A program made the translations under genes and the position numbers. A stretch of 64,000 bases of DNA from an uncultured delta proteobacterium (GTDB lineage Bacteria; Myxococcota_A; Polyangia; Polyangiales; Polyangiaceae), in NCBI GenBank assembly GCA_963716725.1, contig CAVQUB010000015.1:256001-320000 (forward strand), read 5' to 3'. Positions 49,023 through 59,872 of this stretch are shown piece by piece. The notes under the pieces are model-generated. The model did no database searches and was not told where the DNA came from. It saw nothing but the letters and a program-made list of their open reading frames with translations. The stretch's first letter is position 1. Each line of letters begins with the position of its first letter.

Positions 49023-49185
49023 ACTTAGGTCCACCGTGTCACGGTTGCATGGCGCTCCGGGGCTTGTCCAGCCGTGGACGCAACCTGTAGTTGGCAGGGA
49101 CAACCACAGGTTAGCAGCTCGGACGCGGAATGGACGCAAGAACGCCGAACCTTGGCCCAGGCTCGGTCGGCATCCACCTTGCTCT

Positions 49186-50513
49186 GTGTCGTGGGATGAG
49201 TTCCTGCGCCTGCGCCTGCGCCTGCTGGCAATAATCGTCCTGGCCCTGCTCGCCGCCGCTTGCTCCGCACCCGTGGACGCCGCCGTGGACACCGCCTACG
49301 GCGAAACCGGCGACCTGCCCGAAGGCGAGGACGCCGTGCTGACGAGCGCCAGCAGCCAGAGCCTCTCCAGCGTCGACTGCTCCGAGTCTCAGGATACGGG
49401 CTACACCTCGGGCAAGGCGTTTGCGATCACGGTCGTGACCGTGGACGGCAAGAAGGTCGAGAAGGACACCGCAAACGCGTACTACGTGATGGCTCAAGCC
49501 GCAGCGTCGGCGGGAGTGAACCTGAAGATCGTCAGCGGTTTTCGTACCATGGCGGAGCAGCAGTACCTGTACAACTGCTACGTCAATTGCAGCTGCAACA
49601 GCTGCAATCTCGCGGCCAAGCCCGGCTACAGCAACCATCAGAGCGGCCACGCGCTGGACCTGAACACCTCGACCGGCGGCGTGCTCACCTGGCTGAACGC
49701 CCATGGCGGCAGCTACGGCTTCAAGCGCACGGTGCCGAGCGAGGCTTGGCACTGGGAGTGGTGGGGCGGCGGATCCGGAGGCGGCCCCTGCGGCAAGGCG
49801 AAGTACGCTGGCGAGTCCCTGGGCAAGAGCGGGCAGAGCTACCCGATCACGTCCGAAGCAGCAGTGGCCGTGGAGGTCGGGCAGACCGTCACCGGTTGGG
49901 TGAAGCTCAAGAACATCGGGACCGAGACCTGGAAGTCCGGCGCGGTTTGGATGGCGCCCATCCCACGGGACCAAGCCAGCCCCTTCGCCGGTCCGAGCTG
50001 GCACTCACCCCATCGCATTTCGACGCCAAGCGCGGACGTTGCCCCGGGCCAGGTCGGCCAATTCGAGCTCGATATCACCGGCAGCGTCGAAGGCGAGTCG
50101 GTGCTCCAGCTGGGCTGGGTCGCCGAAGGCGTCACCTGGTTTGCGGACAAGCCCAAGGGCGGCGGCCCCTTGGACGGCTACTTTGCCGTGAAGGTCAAGG
50201 TGACTCCGAGCACCAAGCCGCCCGGAAGCGGCGGCGCCGGTGGTGCAAGCGCGATGGAGGAGCAGCGGGAGCCGCTGGAGCGGCCGGTGCAGCTGGAGCG
50301 GCTGGAGCGCCAGCCGCCGGCGGAAGCGCGGGCTCGGGTTGGGGCGGCGCTGGAGGAATTGGTGCGGCCGGCACGGCGGGCTCGATGACCAACCCGGCAG
50401 ACGCTGAGAGCGACGGCGGATGCAGCGTGGCACAGCGCTCGAAGGGTGACCGCTCCGTTTGGCTATTGGCGGCGATGGCGCTGCTGTGGTGGCGACGACG
50501 GCGAGTCAGCTAA
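49186..50513 (+). CDS. M15B (VanY-like) D-Ala-D-Ala peptidase lipoprotein with Ig-like domain and MYXO-CTERM tail; frameshift ~50250
   Basis: SGFRT, SNHQSGHALD, EAWHWE; tail GGCSV..WLLAAMALLWWRRRR in the shifted frame. Confidence 0.8.
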
Positions 50514-50546
50514 CCGTCTCGGGCGTTGGGCCCGACGGGATGGGGA

Positions 50547-51667
50547 TCAGTCGCAGTCGGCGCCGAGGGGAAAGCCGTTGGCCGGGGACTTCTCCAGGCG
50601 CTGCTGGGTGGCGGGCGTGTAGCTGCCGGACTCCGGGATGCGGTCGTCCTCGTGGTTGCGATTCCACAGCTGTTGGAAGGCCTTGACGTCGATGCTGCTG
50701 CGGGACGCAGCGTCGGGGCCTTGGAAATCGAAGTGGACTCGGTCGATGGAGCCGAGCCAGCGGAAGCGCTCTGCTTCGAGCGCGGCGCGCCACGCCGGCC
50801 CCTCCGCGATGTCGAGGCTGAGCCCCGACTCGTGGTTGCTCTCACCGGGAGGACTCGCGATCTCGATCCCGCAGCGCTTGCCCAGCGCCCAACGACGCAG
50901 CAGGTACTGCTGTGCGACCGTGCGCAAGGCGCTGTGGACCGTCATGGTCTTCTTGCGATTGGCGTCGAGGGCCTCGAGCAGGTGATCGCGGGCGGAAGAG
51001 TCGAGGTAGAAAATACGTTCGATTTGACGTTCAAGTTCGGACGGGACGGCACCGGGACAAAGGCCTTGGGATTGATGCAGCGTGATTGAGCGATGATCTG
51101 TCGGCTCAGGCCGGCGACGCTCGCGGTGTTGCAAGCGCGAGCCGCCGCCTCGAGCACGGTGCCGGGCAAGCTGCGCGCATCGGGTTTTGGCTTGCGTGGC
51201 TCGGGGCCGGGCGGCCTTTCGTCGCCGTCGTCTTGGAACAGCTCGACGCCGGCCGCCCCGCTCTCGGCAGGGACCACCGCAGCGGCCGGTGGCGGTGATG
51301 GGTCCGGATCTTCTAGCAGCGGAGCGACGCCGTTGGCGCTGGCGGTGTTCGCGCTGGGCGCGGCTGTCGATGCGGGCGCACCGACCGCGCCACCTCGCCC
51401 CGGCGACCGAAGGATGAACGAAAACTGGACGACGACGAGCCCGACCAGCCCGGCCAGCGCAGCCGCGATGACCAACGAGCGCCGCGATCGCCACTCGGAT
51501 CCGTAGCTGAACTGCGGTGCGGGTGGAGCTGCGCTCACGCTGACGGGATCGGGGGGCGCCGTTCCCGTTGCGTCGCGCGGAGCGTCGCTCGCGAGCTCGC
51601 CCTCGCCTGACGACACGTCACCGGGTTCGTCGGGTGACGAATCGAGATCGGGATCGCCGGCCGCCAT
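50547..51667 (-). CDS. Membrane-anchored M15 family metallopeptidase with peptidoglycan-binding-like C-terminus; frameshift ~51012
   Basis: SALRTVAQQY, SNHESGLSLD, DRVHFD, VKAFQQLWN; one base missing from the A run at 51010-51013. Confidence 0.78.
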
Positions 51668-52041
51668 CGGCCCGGGCGTTAGCGCGATGGTCCGAGCAGG
51701 GCAATGCCCGAGACGGCGGCGGGCGCTTCGCCCGGGTGATTGGGGGGGAGAGGAGCAGGGCTGCGCGAGGCTCGCGTGCGTTTCCGGGCCTGCCGCCACG
51801 CCGAAGCCGACCGTGCCGCCCGCTCGAAGCCCAGGCACGCCGAACGTCGAGCGCAGGGGCGCGACGCCCAAAAGGCGGCGAAACGGACGCGCTGGGCGGC
51901 AGATGGCTGCGCGTCCACACCACCATCAGGTCGGTCCACGCGAAGTGCACGGTCGGCGGCGCATCAGTCCGGCCACGCCTGGTCGTCGGGGTCGCTGCCG
52001 GTTGAACCGTCGAACCGAGGCGATCACGCAAGCCGGGGGGA

Positions 52042-52311
52042 TCACGCGGCGCGCAGCGGCGCCCAATCCTCTGCGGCGAGCTCCGCGACGCCGATCCGGG
52101 CGAGCACGGCGTTCACGTCCGCAATGGTCACAGCCGAGGGCGCTGTGATCTCGATGCCGATGGGCTTGCCACTCGCGTCGTAGTCGACACGGAGCCCCGG
52201 CCCACCGTCCTCGGTGCGCGCTGACCTCGCACCGACCTCGCGCGGCAAGTAGAGGTACGCAGCGAGCGGCTTGCCCTTGCGGTAGGTGACCTCCAGGTAT
52301 CGCTGCTTCAT
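52042..52311 (-). CDS. DUF2283-like putative antitoxin
   Basis: AAYLYL..GLRVDYDASGKPIGIEI motif. Confidence 0.75.
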   Translation of the reverse strand: MKQRYLEVTYRKGKPLAAYLYLPREVGARSARTEDGGPGLRVDYDASGKPIGIEITAPSAVTIADVNAVLARIGVAELAAEDWAPLRAA

Positions 52312-52321
52312 CGGACCTTGC

Positions 52322-52573
52322 TCACAGAGAATACGCGGTTACGACGACAAGCCAATGGTCGACTTCGTCCGGCTCGACGATGACTTCCCAGTCCACGCCG
52401 CGGTGCCTGGTTTCCACCACAAAGCGCCCCTCGATGAGGGGATCGTTTCGATAGGCGCTCGCCACCTCGAGCATGCGCCGGAGCTCGACCTCGGTGAACT
52501 CGCGGTCCACCATCCGCCGCTGGACATGCGACGTGAGCTCGAGCTCCCACTCCCACCAAGTCGGCCAGGGCAC
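52322..52573 (-). CDS. DUF4258-like putative toxin (RelE-like fold)
   Basis: TSHVQRRMVDREF..WEVIVEPD..VVVTAY; directly upstream of the DUF2283-like gene. Confidence 0.72.
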   Translation of the reverse strand: MPWPTWWEWELELTSHVQRRMVDREFTEVELRRMLEVASAYRNDPLIEGRFVVETRHRGVDWEVIVEPDEVDHWLVVVTAYSL

Positions 52574-52784
52574 GCGCTACGAAGGTAGCCTGTCCCGCGC
52601 GCGGAAGGACCGAAAGACGCTCTTAGTTCGGCCCCCCCAGAAAAGGGGCGAGCACGGAACCACCTCAGGGGTCTTGGCAGGCGGCAGCAGCAGCGCCGCG
52701 CGCTTCAGAGTTTCGGGGCAGAATTCCGGGGCAGTCTCAGCGCGACGCTCGCTCAGCGTCACGCAACACCACGAACTTACTTAG

Positions 52785-52868
52785 TGCGAAGGAGAGGACT
52801 TGAACCTCCACGCCATTTCTGGCACTGGAACCTGAATCCAGCGCGTCTGCCAATTCCGCCACCTTCGC
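52785..52868 (-). tRNA. tRNA-Leu (CAG), CCA not encoded
   Basis: GCGAAGG acceptor stem, D-arm GGAATTGGCAGAC, anticodon arm CTGGA-TTCAGGT-TCCAG, long variable arm, GGTTCAAGTCC T-arm. Confidence 0.96.
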
Positions 52869-53029
52869 GAGGGGGCCGCGGATCTAGCGCATCCGCGGGG
52901 CGCGATGCAAGCAGGGAGTTCCGGACCTGGCTCGACCGACGCGAAGCTCGCCGGAGCCCCGGAACCTGCCCAGATGGGGCCCAGCGTAAAACGGAAGATC
53001 CTCGCGTTTCCGAGCGGTCTGGCCGCGAC

Positions 53030-54239
53030 TCACTTGCAATAGTCGGGCGGCGGCGGGACCGGGCTCGCGACCGGCCCGAGCTTGGCGGCGGTCGCCTCGA
53101 AGGCCAGGCCGATCGAGATACCGTCACAGGTCTTGCTCGGGTCGCCGTTCGTGCCGTCCTTCATGATGTCGCTGGCCGCGCGGAACGCCTGCGCGACGGA
53201 CTCCCAGGTCGAGCCCTCGCACAGCGTCTGGTCGAAGGAGCCGGCCACCTGCTGCAGCTGCTTCAAGTATTCCTCGGTGTCGAGGACTCCGGAGACCACC
53301 CCGGTCGCCGTTGCGACTGGGCCGGTGCCGACGATGGTCGCCACCACGCGCGCACGGCGGATCCGGAACGTGAGTCCGAACCCCTGGGTGTCCACGTTCA
53401 GATCGAGGGCAGCATTCGCGGGCGGCGAGCCCACCCAGACTCCGCCGACGACGTAGCTCTGGGGGAAGGTGACCAGCGGCTTGGTGATGTCGCCGCCGGA
53501 CACCGACTCGAAGGTGGGCGGGCGAAGATCGCTGCCCGACCAAGCCGGCGGCGCGCCGACGGGTGCGGCGCCGAACAGGGCCGCCTTCACCCCGTTCTGC
53601 GCCGCGGGAGCGCCGAGGTTCGCCAGATGGATGAGCCAGGTGCCCGAGCCCGAGTCGATGGCGGCGCTCAGCTCCTGAGTCGGGTCGGGGCTGAGGCTCA
53701 GGATGATCTTGAGCACGTTCGAACCAAAGGAGTTGTCGATGCCGTTGTCTCCGTCGGTCTGCACCGACGATTTGACCCCGCCCTTCTGCGGCGCGCAGTG
53801 GTTGGTCGAGTTCTTGGTCGGAGACCAGCCCGTCGACGTTCAACCCGTAGCTGCGCCACGCGGTCGAACTCGGTTGCCCCTGCGTGTCGGTGTCGCCGAG
53901 GAATATCTTTCGCATCACCAGCGTGGTCGGCGTGCTTCCGGTCGCGGGGGGCGCGTTTGGATCCGGGGGCGGAGGCTGCCCGACCTCCGCGCCACTGCCG
54001 CCCATGCCTCCGCTGCCGGCCATGCCGCCAGCGCCACCCGCACCGCCAGCGCCACCTGCGCCACCTGCGCCACCTGCGCCGCCCGCGCCGCCCGTGCCTC
54101 CGCCGCCAGCGCCACCCGCACCGCCGGTGCTCGTGCCTCCGCTGCCACCCGTCGCGTTGCCGGTGGAGGTCGAGCCTCCGCATCCAACACCCACCAGCGC
54201 TGACAGCGCCGCTAGCGCAACCCACTCAGAGCCCCGCAT
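53030..54239 (-). CDS. Myxobacterial lipoprotein with Gly/Ala linker; +1 frameshift ~53821
   Basis: Lipobox VGVG-C; YGLNVDG joins to DGDNGIDNSFG after removing one C. Confidence 0.75.
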
Positions 54240-54339
54240 GAGCACCTCCACCGCCCAGCGTCGCGCGGGGATCCGGTTTGCGCAAGCCAGAACGCAAGTT
54301 CGAGCGTGCGCTGCGCCGGGTGGTACGCTGGTCGGCTCC

Positions 54340-57300
54340 GTGTCGAAGGGTCCGCTCGCACATTTTCACGAGCCCGTGCGCGTCTGGTTCGAAGAGGCGC
54401 TCGGCGCTGCCACGCCCGTGCAGGCGCGGGGCTGGAAGGCGATCGCCGAAGGCCGATCCGCGCTGATGCTCGCGCCAACGGGATCGGGCAAGACGCTCGC
54501 GGCATTTCTGGCGGCGCTCGATCGCCTGGCGTTTCGATCCGAGCCCGAGAAGCAGCAGCGCCTCGCGGTCCTGTACGTGTCTCCGCTCAAGGCCTTGGCG
54601 GCGGACATCGAGAAGAACCTCGTGGCGCCCATCGCGGGGATCCGAGCCAAGAGCCTAGAGCTCGGGGTGCCGTGTCGCGAGATTGCGGTGTCGGTGCGGA
54701 CCGGCGACACCCCGGCCCGCGAGCGCAGCGCGTTTGCCCGATCGCCGACCGACATCCTGATCACGACCCCGGAGTCGCTGTACCTGCTGCTCACGAGCGA
54801 GGCTCGCGCGCGGCTCGCGAGCGTGGACACGGTGATCGTCGACGAGATCCACTCGCTCGCGGCGACCAAGCGCGGCGCGCACCTGTTTCTGTCTCTCGAG
54901 CGGCTCGAGGCCCTCCGCTCGGGGCGGCCGCGGCTGCAACGCATCGGGCTCTCGGCGACGCAGCGCCCGCTGGGAGAAATCGCGCGACTCCTCGGCGGCG
55001 GCGAGGTCGATGGCGGGGTCGATGGCGGGGTCGATGGCGGGGTCGATGGCTGGGGTCAGAGCTGGAGCCCGCGCCCCGTCGAGGTGGTCGACGCGTCTGC
55101 CGGCAAGCAGCTCGAACTCCGGGTCGAGGTGCCCATCGAAGACATGGCGCGGCTCGCCGGCGCAAACGGGGAGGGGGAGGCGTCGATCTGGCCATCGATC
55201 CACCCGCGCCTGGTGGAGCTGGTGCGAGCTCACCGCTCGAGCATGATCTTCGTGAACAACCGCCGGCTCGCGGAGCGCCTGGCGGCCGCGATCAACGAGA
55301 CCGCGGGCGAGACCCTGGCCCTGGCGCATCACGGATCGGTCGCGAAGGAGCGCCGCCGCGAGATCGAAGAGCGGCTGAAATCGGGCCTCTTGCCGGCGAT
55401 CGTGGCCACGAGTTCGTTGGAGCTCGGCATCGACATGGGCGCGGTCGATCTCGTGGTCCAGATCGAGGCGCCGCCCTCGGTGGCGTCCGGCATCCAACGC
55501 ATCGGGCGGGCCGGGCATCAGGTCGGGGCGCCGTCGAAGGGCGTGATCGTGCCCAAATATCGCGGTGATCTGTTGGCCTGCGCCGCCGCGGTCGAGCGCA
55601 TGATGGCGGGCCAGGTCGAGGCGACCGCGTACCTCCGAAATCCCCTGGACGTGCTCTCGCAACAGATCGTCGCCATCGCCAGCGTGGAGCCGATCGGCGA
55701 AGACGATCTGTACGCGCTGGTGCGCCGGGCGGCGCCCTACGCCGATCTGCCCCGAGGCTCCTTCGAAGGCGTGCTCGACATGCTCTCGGGCCGCTACCCC
55801 TCCGACGAGTTCGCCGAGCTCAGGCCACGGCTGACCTGGGATCGCAGGGCCCGAGTCGTGCGCGCCCGCCGCGGCGCGAAGCGCCTGGCCGTGGTCAACG
55901 CTGGCACCATCCCGGATCGCGGCCTCTACGGCGTGTTCTTGGCCGGCTCGGAGGATCGCCCGGTGCGCGTCGGTGAGCTCGACGAGGAGATGGTCTTCGA
56001 GTGTCGAGTCGGGGATGTGTTCGTGCTCGGGGCGTCGAGCTGGCGCATCGACGAGATCAGCCACGATCGCGTGCTGGTCCGACCGGCGCCGGGTGAGCCG
56101 GGGCGAATGCCCTTCTGGCACGGCGACCGTCCGGGCCGTGCTCCGGAGCTCGGTCTGGCCATGGGCGCGTTGGCCCGGGAGTTGGCCGATGCTGGGAGCG
56201 ACACCGCGGCGCGCCTCAGGTCGGATCACGCGCTCGAGGCCGGGGCCGCCGAGAACCTGCGCGCCTACGTGCGCGATGAGCTTGCAGCCACGGGACACGT
56301 GCCGAGCGACCGGACCTGGGTGGTCGAGCGCTTCGTGGACGAAGTGGGCGACTTTCGCGTGTGCCTGATGAGCCCCATGGGTTCCAGAGTTCACGCGCCG
56401 CTCGCCCTGGCCATGCGCGCGCGCGCTCGCAGCGAGAGGTCCGCCGAACTCGAGTGTCTGTGGTCCGACGACGGCATCGTGTTTCGCTTCCCCGAGAGCG
56501 ACGCGCCGCCGGACGTCGCGGGCTGGATCCCCCGCGCCGACGAGATCGAAGATCTGCTGATCGAGAGCCTCGGGACCAGCTCGCTCTTCGCGGCGCGCTT
56601 CCGCGAGAACGCAGCCCGGGCGCTGCTCTTGCCGCGCCGCTATCCAGGCAAACGCAGCCCGCTCTGGGCGCAGCGCAAGCGCTCCGCGGATCTGCTGCGG
56701 GTGGCCGCCCGCTATGGCAGCTTCCCGATCCTGCTCGAGACCTATCGCGAGTGTCTGCGCGACGTGTTCGACCTGCCCGCCCTCGTCGACGCGCTCCGGC
56801 GCATCGAGTCGCGAGAGCTCCGGGTCGTCACCGTGGACACCCGCCGCGCGTCGCCTTTCGCCGCAGCGCTTCTGTTCGCCTACGTCGGCAACTTCATCTA
56901 CGACGATGACGCCCCCTTGGCTGAGCGTCGAGCGCGCGCGCTGACCATCGACTCGGGCGAGCTCGCGGAGCTGCTCGGGGAGGCGGAGCTGCGCGAGTTG
57001 CTCGATCCGGAGGCCATCGAGAGCGCCGAGCGATCGCTGCTGCGCCTGACCGAGCCCAGCGTGGCGCACCCGGACCAAGTGCACGATCTCTTGCTCGGCC
57101 TGGGACCGCTCTCGCTCGACGAGATCGGAATGCGCGTCGTGCCGGGGGCGGATCCCGCGAGCCTGCTGCGAGCGCTCGTGGACGAAGGCCGCGTGTTTCA
57201 GGTCACGATCGCGGGCGACCAACGAGTCGTGGCCGCGGAGGACATCGGTCGGCTGCGGGACGCGCTCGGCGTCGTGCCGTCCCCGGACGTGCCTCGGGCC

Positions 57301-58791
57301 TACCTCGAGCCGGTGGCCGACCCGCTCGGAGATCTCTGCTCGCGCTACGCCCGCACCCACGGGCCTTTCGCCATCGAGAGCGTGCGGCAGCGCTTCGGCG
57401 TTGAGGTGCGCGACGCATTCGATCGATTGATCGCCCAGGGGCGCGTGGTCGAGGGCGAGTTCCTGCCTGGAGGACGTGGTTCGGAGCTCTGCGACGTCGA
57501 GGTGCTGCGCACGCTCAAGCGACGATCGCTGGCCAAGCTGCGTCGCGAGATCGAGCCGGTGGATGCGGCGGCGCTGGGGCGTTTCACTTGTGAATGGCAC
57601 GAGATCGGCGGCAGAGCATCGGGCCAGGATGCGCTCGCGACGGTGGTCGATCGCTTGGAGGGCGCGCCGCTGGTCGCGTCGGTGCTCGAGAGCGAGATCT
57701 TGCCCGCCCGACTGGCGCGGACCGCGAGCGCCGAGCTCGATCTCGCCTGCGCGCGCGGTGAGATCGTGTGGCGTGGGCTCGAGCCGCTCGGCGATCGAGA
57801 CGGCCGCATCGCGCTCTACCACTCGTCTCGCTACCCGCTCTTGGCGCCAGCGCCGACCCAGGTCGACGGGCAGCTTGCCGGAAAGGTCCGCGAGCTGTTG
57901 GCTGCGCGGGGCGCGTCCTTCTTCCAAGACCTCGTGCGCGGCACGGACGCGTTTGGTCGCGACGTTCTCGACGCGATCTGGGACCTGGTTTGGTCGGGCG
58001 AGGTGACGAACGACACGCTCGCGCCCCTGCGATCGCGCCTGGCGGGCGACGCGGCGCCCAGCCGGCGACAGCGCATCAGCGGGCGACGAGCGCATCCGAT
58101 GGGTCCCCCGGGCAGCGAAGGGCGCTGGTCGCTGCTGGCGTCCACGGGTGAGCGCTCCGAGACGGAACGGCGCGTGGCCTTGGCGGAGTCGCTGCTGGAA
58201 CGGCACGGCGTGCTGACGCGTGAGGCCGCGCACTCCGAAGGCCTCAGCGGAGGCTTCTCGGCGGTCTACGACGTGCTGAAACAAATGGAGGAGCGCGGGC
58301 GGGTGCGCCGTGGGTACTTCGTGGCGGGGCTCGGCGGGACTCAGTTCGCGCTGCCCGGCGCGGTCGATCGCCTGCGCCGCCGGCGCTCAGGGGCCGACGA
58401 CGCTCGGGCTCATCTGCTCGCGGCCACCGATCCGGCCAACCCTTACGGGGCCGTCGTGCCGTGGCCCGAATCGACGGAGCCGCAGCGCTTGTCGCGGAGC
58501 GCCGGCGCGAGCGTGGTGATCGTGGACGGAGCCCTCGCTGCCTACCTGGCCCGCGGCGACGCGCGGCTGCAGACCTTCTCCCGCGACGATCGGACGCTCG
58601 CTGCCGTGGCCGCCGCGCTGTTCCAGCTCTTCCGGCGCGGGCGGCGCGCGCTCCTGATCGAAGAGATCGACGGCGGGCCAGCCCAGAGCTCGGCCTTCGC
58701 GCCGGCGCTCCGGGCGGCGGGTTTTTCCGCATCATGCCAAGGCCTCCTGGCTCGGCCGAGCCTCGAAGCCGCGACGCTCGCCGCGCCCTAG
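54340..58791 (+). CDS. lhr: Long-form Lhr helicase (SF2 DExH plus C-terminal winged-helix/glycosylase region)
   Basis: APTGSGKT, DEIH, SAT, HHGS, ATSSLELGID, QRIGRAGH, GTIPDRG, RRGYFVAGLGG, ATDPANPYG. Confidence 0.93.
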   Translation: MSKGPLAHFHEPVRVWFEEALGAATPVQARGWKAIAEGRSALMLAPTGSGKTLAAFLAALDRLAFRSEPEKQQRLAVLYVSPLKALAADIEKNLVAPIAGIRAKSLELGVPCREIAVSVRTGDTPARERSAFARSPTDILITTPESLYLLLTSEARARLASVDTVIVDEIHSLAATKRGAHLFLSLERLEALRSGRPRLQRIGLSATQRPLGEIARLLGGGEVDGGVDGGVDGGVDGWGQSWSPRPVEVVDASAGKQLELRVEVPIEDMARLAGANGEGEASIWPSIHPRLVELVRAHRSSMIFVNNRRLAERLAAAINETAGETLALAHHGSVAKERRREIEERLKSGLLPAIVATSSLELGIDMGAVDLVVQIEAPPSVASGIQRIGRAGHQVGAPSKGVIVPKYRGDLLACAAAVERMMAGQVEATAYLRNPLDVLSQQIVAIASVEPIGEDDLYALVRRAAPYADLPRGSFEGVLDMLSGRYPSDEFAELRPRLTWDRRARVVRARRGAKRLAVVNAGTIPDRGLYGVFLAGSEDRPVRVGELDEEMVFECRVGDVFVLGASSWRIDEISHDRVLVRPAPGEPGRMPFWHGDRPGRAPELGLAMGALARELADAGSDTAARLRSDHALEAGAAENLRAYVRDELAATGHVPSDRTWVVERFVDEVGDFRVCLMSPMGSRVHAPLALAMRARARSERSAELECLWSDDGIVFRFPESDAPPDVAGWIPRADEIEDLLIESLGTSSLFAARFRENAARALLLPRRYPGKRSPLWAQRKRSADLLRVAARYGSFPILLETYRECLRDVFDLPALVDALRRIESRELRVVTVDTRRASPFAAALLFAYVGNFIYDDDAPLAERRARALTIDSGELAELLGEAELRELLDPEAIESAERSLLRLTEPSVAHPDQVHDLLLGLGPLSLDEIGMRVVPGADPASLLRALVDEGRVFQVTIAGDQRVVAAEDIGRLRDALGVVPSPDVPRAYLEPVADPLGDLCSRYARTHGPFAIESVRQRFGVEVRDAFDRLIAQGRVVEGEFLPGGRGSELCDVEVLRTLKRRSLAKLRREIEPVDAAALGRFTCEWHEIGGRASGQDALATVVDRLEGAPLVASVLESEILPARLARTASAELDLACARGEIVWRGLEPLGDRDGRIALYHSSRYPLLAPAPTQVDGQLAGKVRELLAARGASFFQDLVRGTDAFGRDVLDAIWDLVWSGEVTNDTLAPLRSRLAGDAAPSRRQRISGRRAHPMGPPGSEGRWSLLASTGERSETERRVALAESLLERHGVLTREAAHSEGLSGGFSAVYDVLKQMEERGRVRRGYFVAGLGGTQFALPGAVDRLRRRRSGADDARAHLLAATDPANPYGAVVPWPESTEPQRLSRSAGASVVIVDGALAAYLARGDARLQTFSRDDRTLAAVAAALFQLFRRGRRALLIEEIDGGPAQSSAFAPALRAAGFSASCQGLLARPSLEAATLAAP
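55006..55050 (+). repeat. In-frame 12-bp tandem repeat (GTCGATGGCGGG)x3.75 within lhr
   Basis: Encodes VDGGVDGGVDGGVDG between the RecA domains. Confidence 0.9.
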
Positions 58792-58798
58792 TGCCGGC

Positions 58799-59827
58799 TC
58801 ACCACTGGCCGTCGCGCACCAGGTGCTTGGCCAACAGAACGAGCTTGTTCAGCGGACCCGGTGCGACGCTGTCGTCGTCCTGGAGCGGGAGCGTGCTCTT
58901 CTGGGCGTCGAGCTGCTTCACGCTCTCGATGCGCTTCAACGCATTTGTCCCGTCGAGCGTCTCGCAGTGCTCGTCGTAGAGCGCGAACCAGGGCAGCGCG
59001 TGCTTTCGATATTCCTTCGCGGTCACAGGTGACTGCGGCGGACGCTCGCCAGTGATCTCTCGCCACAGCTCGCTGTTCACGATGTGCAGGTAGATCCGCG
59101 CGCTGGCGTCGAGATCCCAGCTGTCGATGCCGTGGGGATCGGGGTAGATCTTTTGGTGCATGCTGCCGCCGGCGCCGAGGCCCATCGACCCCGCGCTCCG
59201 CGACTTTGCGCCCGGACTCATGGACGCGCGGTAGGGACCTGCCCCGGGGGCTGCGCATGGCGCCGGCATGGCGCCGAGGGAGCACTGCCCGAGATCGCTC
59301 CTTCGTGGCGGAAAGCGCCCGGGTTTTGGCGCGCAGACCTTGATCTGGATCCCGCCGAAGCGCTCTTCGCCGGTGACCTGGCCTTCCACCGTGTACCCCA
59401 TGCCGAGCGGCATGGCGATGAACTGTCGGATGCGACCCGGTCCGACGCAGATGCCGTCGAGCCACGGTTGCGGCGGCGCGACCAGGTAGTCCTGTGGCAC
59501 GTCGTGCAAGCGTTCGGACCAGGGGTCGCCCGTCAGCGCGCAGATCTTGCCCACGGCGATCTTGACGGCGTGGGGAACCAGGCTGCCAAACGAGAGCCAC
59601 ATGGCCTCGCGCTGGTACATGGGCAGGAATACGCCGCCGCGGCCAAGCCAATCGGCCGGGACGCGATCGGCGTAGTCGTCGACGCGGCGCACCGGAAACG
59701 CCCCGAGCCCGGGCGGCAGCGGATAGCTGCGGCCGTCGTCGGGGATGCGCAGCGTGCGTTGAAAGCGGATGCTGAGGTCGTTGCCGAAGGACACGCAGTC
59801 GTTCTTCACCTGTACGTCGAGCTTCAT
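58799..59827 (-). CDS. Conserved hypothetical protein (FQRTLRIPDDG..YPLPPGLG family)
   Basis: AAGGAG RBS; motifs LPMYQREAMWLSF, QPWLDG, QFIAMPLGMGYTVEGQ, GAGG.M.QKIYPDP, LPWFALYDE. Confidence 0.8.
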   Translation of the reverse strand: MKLDVQVKNDCVSFGNDLSIRFQRTLRIPDDGRSYPLPPGLGAFPVRRVDDYADRVPADWLGRGGVFLPMYQREAMWLSFGSLVPHAVKIAVGKICALTGDPWSERLHDVPQDYLVAPPQPWLDGICVGPGRIRQFIAMPLGMGYTVEGQVTGEERFGGIQIKVCAPKPGRFPPRRSDLGQCSLGAMPAPCAAPGAGPYRASMSPGAKSRSAGSMGLGAGGSMHQKIYPDPHGIDSWDLDASARIYLHIVNSELWREITGERPPQSPVTAKEYRKHALPWFALYDEHCETLDGTNALKRIESVKQLDAQKSTLPLQDDDSVAPGPLNKLVLLAKHLVRDGQW

Positions 59828-59872
59828 CGGGTTCTCCTTCTCTGGGCGGGGTCGTCTGCCCACGAGAGAACC

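Noticed and set aside
52785..52868. tRNA-Sec (TCA occurs in the anticodon loop), which would pair with the UGA gene
   Set aside because: The CTGGA/TCCAG stem places CAG at positions 34-36; the 7-bp acceptor stem and D-arm are those of tRNA-Leu
53884..54339. Pro-rich N-terminal extension of Lhr
   Set aside because: It is the antisense reading of the Gly/Ala linker of the minus-strand lipoprotein; the helicase starts near 54340
54340..58791. Lhr as part of an anti-phage defence island
   Set aside because: Long housekeeping repair-type Lhr with no neighbouring nuclease, methylase or other defence genes
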